Below, piece after piece: positions 16,447-20,000 of a DNA stretch of 20,000 nt. The translations under genes and the position numbers were made by a program. The DNA is taken from IMG/VR virus record IMGVR_UViG_3300016466_000860; one strand, 5' to 3'. The notes under the pieces were generated by a model. That model searched no databases and had not been told where the DNA came from. It saw only the letters and a list, made by a program, of their open reading frames with translations. Each line of letters starts with the position of its first letter. Position 1 is the stretch's first letter. Origin of the DNA: an uncultured virus (IMG/VR IMGVR_UViG_3300016466_000860). Taxonomy: Duplodnaviria > Heunggongvirae > Uroviricota > Caudoviricetes.

Positions 16447-16955
16447 AGAGGGATCAATTCGGACAGGTTTCGTTTGACATCAACGAAGTCGCGGAGATGT
16501 TGTATGCCAATCCCGATGTGGATTTTGCCAATCTACAGGTGCAAGATCCCAATCTCTACAATGCCAGCGTGGCACGTTATTTCAATGAACTACCGACATT
16601 GAAAGAGTATCGGCCATTGACAGTGGACATCGAAGAATTCGACCGCATCAACCAATCACAATGGTACATGCCCGAAAAATATCAAACACTAGATATTGCT
16701 GAATGGGTGCTATCTCAATGTCAGACGCAGGAACAATTGCAGAGAGCCGGCAAAGAATTATTGATGTTCCAGGAAAGAAATCTCACAGACCTATTGCGAT
16801 TCCTTAAATATTTCGTCGATACCATGAGAGCCAATGGAGTGGTATGGGGACTGGGCCGAGGTTCCAGCGTTTCTAGTTATGTGTTGTACTTGATAGGCGT
16901 ACACAAGATAGACAGCATGTATTATGATCTAGATGTAGAAGAATTTCTGCGATAA
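16443..16955 (+). CDS. dnaE: stand-alone fragment of DNA polymerase III alpha subunit (split family C polymerase)
   Basis: R...EL..F...VD.MR..GV.WGLGRGSSVSSYVLYLIGVHKID...YDL..EEFL matches the DnaE pattern RL..EL..GPGRGS..GSLVAY.LGIT..DP..Y.L.FERFL; only 170 aa. Confidence 0.85.
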   Translation: MKRDQFGQVSFDINEVAEMLYANPDVDFANLQVQDPNLYNASVARYFNELPTLKEYRPLTVDIEEFDRINQSQWYMPEKYQTLDIAEWVLSQCQTQEQLQRAGKELLMFQERNLTDLLRFLKYFVDTMRANGVVWGLGRGSSVSSYVLYLIGVHKIDSMYYDLDVEEFLR

Positions 16956-16958
16956 ATA
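16953..16958 (+). promoter_or_regulatory. putative late promoter (TAAATA)
   Basis: Overlaps the dnaE-fragment stop; upstream of SD AAGGAG (16982-16987) and ATG 16997. Confidence 0.55.
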
Positions 16959-16996
16959 ATATGCATATATTATATGAACACAAGGAGTGAGCACAA

Positions 16997-17491
16997 ATGA
17001 AAAAAATGTACACTACCGCGATGGGAAGATCCATAGATTTCGAAAGCTTGAAGTCTGCCGGCGAAGAAACCATTGCTGTTGGCAATATGAAAGTGAATGC
17101 ACGCGGAGACCAGCTGGGACCTGGAGGAATAATCGAACGTACTAGAAATGCGGCCATGGCCGACCATTACGGCTCAGGAGTCAGTACCGAAACGCTCGAA
17201 GACAAAATGCTACGGCAAAAAATGGCTGGGGTCAGTTTGAAAAAAAGTAAATCATCAAAAAGATCACAAGATAATACAAGGAACCAGACCATGCCTGAAG
17301 AAAACATCAATAGTCAGTTGCCGGAACAAACACAGATTGATTCCACTGATGATTCTCGCCCTGTTGCGAATCAACCTTTGCCTGACAAACGCCTGAGGGG
17401 AAGCCTAGCATCATCATTGGCCAAAGAATCCACAATCACCCAGGAAAAAATTCCTGATCCACGTAAACCCAAAGGCATCTCAAGGATTTAA
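16997..17491 (+). CDS. conserved hypothetical protein with low-complexity C-terminus
   Basis: Strong SD; Y.TA.G..ID...AVGNMKVNARGDQLGPGGII motif. Confidence 0.85.
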   Translation: MKKMYTTAMGRSIDFESLKSAGEETIAVGNMKVNARGDQLGPGGIIERTRNAAMADHYGSGVSTETLEDKMLRQKMAGVSLKKSKSSKRSQDNTRNQTMPEENINSQLPEQTQIDSTDDSRPVANQPLPDKRLRGSLASSLAKESTITQEKIPDPRKPKGISRI

Positions 17492-17498
17492 AAATACA

Positions 17499-17852
17499 AT
17501 GAGCTACGACCCTATCAAAATTTCTTCTATTAGACCACTCAAAGATCATGTCATCGTAAGAGACATGAACTTCAGTGAGCGTCAATTAAACAGTGGAATC
17601 ATACTTCCGTCCGACAATGGTCGCTCATCGGGAATCAGACCTAGATGGGGGTGTGTTTATGCTGTCGGCCCTGAACAACGAGATATTTCGGTTGGGCAAT
17701 GGATTCTAGTGGCACACGGTCGTTGGACTCGAGGTAGCACCATTGAAATCAACGACGAAAAAATCACCATACGCAGAGTTGACACCAACGACATCCTGAT
17801 AGTCAGCGACGAAGCTCCTGCTGCCGACGAAACCATGAGTGATGCCAATTGA
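17499..17852 (+). CDS. groES: co-chaperonin GroES (Cpn10)
   Basis: IRPLKDHVIV, SGIILP mobile loop, G.VYAVGP, ISVGQWILV and DIL motifs. Confidence 0.9.
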   Translation: MSYDPIKISSIRPLKDHVIVRDMNFSERQLNSGIILPSDNGRSSGIRPRWGCVYAVGPEQRDISVGQWILVAHGRWTRGSTIEINDEKITIRRVDTNDILIVSDEAPAADETMSDAN

Positions 17853-18076
17853 TGCGCCAGCAGGATTCTGATATCGCTTTGGTGAAACGCACAATAAACC
17901 AATTGGTATCGCAAGCCCGTGATCCATATTACACTGGATTTGTGAGCTGTGAATACAAACACGATCTATTAGAATTAAAATGGTACATCGAGGATGCTCT
18001 CGATCAGTGCCCTTCTTTTGGTGAAATAGAAGAAGAATGGCAAAAACAACGAGTACTTCAACTGTTAAAGAAATGA
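17852..18076 (+). CDS. hypothetical protein
   Basis: TGATG overlap with groES; C-terminal P.F..EEEW..Q......LK pattern. Confidence 0.75.
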   Translation: MRQQDSDIALVKRTINQLVSQARDPYYTGFVSCEYKHDLLELKWYIEDALDQCPSFGEIEEEWQKQRVLQLLKK

Positions 18077-18246
18077 GAATCTTGCCTGTTGCAATCATAT
18101 CAGTGGCATGTTATGCTGCTGGTGTGATTCATGGTCGATGGCAGGTGCTGTCTCAATTTGAATCTTATCTCAATCAAATACAACCCAATTTCGAAAAAAA
18201 TGAAAGAACTCTGGACCGAAAAATACCGACCCCGAACTTTATCTGA
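18073..18246 (+). CDS. small putative membrane protein
   Basis: ATGA overlap at 18073; hydrophobic MRILPVAIISVACYAAGVI; overlaps the next gene by 47 nt. Confidence 0.5.
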   Translation: MRILPVAIISVACYAAGVIHGRWQVLSQFESYLNQIQPNFEKNERTLDRKIPTPNFI

Positions 18247-19123
18247 TTATGTGTTCACAGACGCTGCCCAACGGGAGCAGATCGAGTCGTGGGTTCGAGA
18301 AGGATCGATACCTCATATCTTATTGAGTGGAAGTCCTGGCACAGGAAAAACCACATTGGCCAAAGTCTTGATCAATGAGCTGGGTATCCAAGACTATGAT
18401 TTCCTTCAAATCAATGCCAGTCGAGACAACGGTGTTGATTTTATCAAATCAAAAGTGGAAGGATTTGCCAGTACACTGCCGTTTGGTAAATTCAAAGTGG
18501 TACTCATGGACGAAGCCGATTTCTTGAGTCAACCCGCCCAAGGTATCATGCGCGGACTCATGGAAACATATCATGCGCAATGTCGATTTATATTGACCTG
18601 TAATATGCCTCACAAGATCATGCCGGCTTTGCATAGTCGGTGCCAATCTCTCCATATTGACCGCACAGACATCACTGAATTTACCGCTAGAGTGGCCACT
18701 ATATTGGTAGGTGAGAATGTTGAGTTTGATCTCGACACGCTGGATAGCTACGTCAAAGCCACCTATCCAGATCTCCGCAAATGTTTAAATTTGGTACAGG
18801 CCAATTCCATTTCGGGAACATTAAAGACTCCCGGCGAAGGGGATTCTGCAGTCAAAGACTGGAAACTAGATGCTGTCAGCATGTTCAAGGCCGGACAGGT
18901 GCGCGAAGCGAGGCAACTGATCTGCAATCAGGCCAATGTCGATGACATCGACGAGCTATTCCGATGGATGTACAACAATCTTTCTCTATGGAGTTCAACT
19001 CCCGACGGGCAAGACGAAGCTATATTGATCATACGCAAAGGATTAGTCAATCACAGCCAAGTGGCCGATACAGAAATTAACCTGTCTGCTACATTGGTGG
19101 AACTCTCCCAGATCGGAACATAA
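18200..19123 (+). CDS. clamp loader AAA+ ATPase, RFC small subunit/T4 gp44 type; start revised to ATG 18200
   Basis: LWTEKYRP (RFC box II), Walker A GSPGTGKT, INASRDNG, Walker B DEAD, SRC arginine finger, DLRK. Confidence 0.95.
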   Translation: MKELWTEKYRPRTLSDYVFTDAAQREQIESWVREGSIPHILLSGSPGTGKTTLAKVLINELGIQDYDFLQINASRDNGVDFIKSKVEGFASTLPFGKFKVVLMDEADFLSQPAQGIMRGLMETYHAQCRFILTCNMPHKIMPALHSRCQSLHIDRTDITEFTARVATILVGENVEFDLDTLDSYVKATYPDLRKCLNLVQANSISGTLKTPGEGDSAVKDWKLDAVSMFKAGQVREARQLICNQANVDDIDELFRWMYNNLSLWSSTPDGQDEAILIIRKGLVNHSQVADTEINLSATLVELSQIGT

Positions 19124-19522
19124 ATGGCCAGACCCAAAGACATATTTTTGGTAGTGAATTATATCATGCGTCCAAAACCACATGCCCGTACCACACGAGC
19201 CGGTTGGATGAAAGATCCTTCCAATGTACAATACGATGAAAATATCTCTGTGGTAGCCGGACTTAAAAATCGGGATCGCCAGGCAGGAGTCATACTCAAT
19301 CTCACACAGGCGCGAGTTGAGCAAAACTCAATGAGCGGAGAACGCGAATTTGATCGAATGTTCGGATATTTCCTTGAAAACTACAATGAGTACATGACCA
19401 AGGCCATGAGCATCGCTAATCCGGAATTCCTACAAGCATTCATTGATCGCTACTCCACGGACGAAAAAACAGCCACTGAGTCGGAACTAGGCGCACCGCC
19501 ACCGGAGGAATCTGCTCGATGA
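19124..19522 (+). CDS. hypothetical protein
   Basis: 132-aa ORF starting immediately after the clamp loader stop. Confidence 0.8.
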   Translation: MARPKDIFLVVNYIMRPKPHARTTRAGWMKDPSNVQYDENISVVAGLKNRDRQAGVILNLTQARVEQNSMSGEREFDRMFGYFLENYNEYMTKAMSIANPEFLQAFIDRYSTDEKTATESELGAPPPEESAR

Positions 19523-19761
19523 GAAGCATGTATGCTCGGAAATTAAAACGTCCGGTGGACCCTAATGCTCCGCCGCGACCCAGTTTATTGGGGCACGAAA
19601 AGACCATCAAAGAAACCAGGGTCACTGTTGAGGATTTGCAGAATAAAATAAAAAGATTAGAACAACACATCGATCGCCAAGATGAACGAATACGAGCATT
19701 AGGCAATTATGTGGATCAATTACGAAATTATCTTTCTCGAGGTCAGGGCGACGGAAAATAA
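19519..19761 (+). CDS. hypothetical coiled-coil protein
   Basis: SD GGAGG, ATGA overlap, heptad-like C-terminal half. Confidence 0.75.
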   Translation: MRSMYARKLKRPVDPNAPPRPSLLGHEKTIKETRVTVEDLQNKIKRLEQHIDRQDERIRALGNYVDQLRNYLSRGQGDGK

Positions 19762-19779
19762 TTCAGGAAAAATGTCAGG

Positions 19780-19808
19780 TTGACAAAAGCTTGATACTGT
19801 AGTAAACT
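19780..19808 (+). promoter_or_regulatory. sigma70-like promoter
   Basis: TTGACA (19780-19785), 17-nt spacer, TAAACT (19803-19808), with an A-rich region upstream. Confidence 0.8.
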
Positions 19809-19881
19809 GTAGATGTTGGTCGCAGAATGGTTCTGCGATGGACATGACTCTGCGATAGTCGCAATTTAAAGGAGAAAACTG

Positions 19882-20000
19882 ATGGCAAAACGCCTCACAC
19901 GCAAACTCACGGACGTGGCACGTGAAGTTGAACAGCAACTCAAAGCCCACTTCAATGTCAGCGATGCTGACTTAAAAAAATGGCAAAAAGATGCCATGTC
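19882..20000 (+). CDS. hypothetical protein, truncated by the window end (MAKRLTRKLTDVAREVEQQLK...)
   Basis: SD AAAGGAG, ATG at 19882, frame open to the end; not in the ORF track. Confidence 0.8.
   Translation, partial: MAKRLTRKLTDVAREVEQQLKAHFNVSDADLKKWQKDAM

Noticed and set aside
16443..16955. dnaE fragment as a pseudogene or split-intein half
   Set aside because: No downstream remnant was recognised, coupling signals are intact, and there is no Cys/Ser-initiated intein N-terminal segment.
16956..16973. AT-rich inverted repeat ATAATAT-GCAT-ATATTAT
   Set aside because: An all-A/T stem with no U tract; too weak to call a terminator or operator.
10907..18199. ORF-track starts at 10907, 15198 and 18131 (also 3328, 6577 and 18037)
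   Set aside because: Downstream ATGs fit the family N-termini, stop/start overlaps or promoter positions better.
18073..18246. Frameshift at the A7 run (18194-18200) fusing a membrane anchor to the clamp loader
   Set aside because: It would need a +1 shift, the run is short, no stimulator is visible, and MKELWTEKYRP is a normal loader N-terminus.
19813..19869. 18-codon leader peptide MLVAEWFCDGHDSAIVAI
   Set aside because: The ATG is only 4 nt after the -10, probably upstream of +1, and there is no attenuator-like codon run or terminator.
479..19950. Other minus-strand and nested alternative-frame ORFs in the track
   Set aside because: They overlap well-supported plus-strand genes that tile the window with coupled start and stop codons.
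1..20000. Stop-codon reassignment as seen in some large phages
   Set aside because: Long genes are intact under code 11, and TAG (infA), TGA (SOD, groES) and TAA all end recognisable proteins at the expected places.

Overview
A 20-kb, gene-dense, all plus-strand segment of a large tailed phage, probably a jumbo myovirus with T4-like late transcription. It uses the standard genetic code (TAA, TGA and TAG all end real genes). From left to right: a CmoA-like SAM-fold enzyme and a tRNA(CAU), probably Ile2; about 11 small accessory ORFs; a metallophosphoesterase; a host-like trio of IF-1, Fe/Mn superoxide dismutase and ErpA/IscA; four virion structural genes (fiber and baseplate-like, 7014-16130); and a replication/chaperone block (stand-alone DnaE fragment, GroES, RFC/gp44-type clamp loader). 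Two promoter classes are visible: sigma70-like promoters, three of which apparently give leaderless mRNAs, and TAAATA late-type motifs, two of which sit in hairpin loops beside an SD-like sequence. The most interesting points are the split family C polymerase beside an RFC-type loader, an SOD with a putative capsid-targeting leader, a CmoA homolog apparently lacking the carboxy-SAM Arg, and a tRNA with a compensated U19:A56 elbow. All family calls come from recognising motifs by eye; no database search was run.
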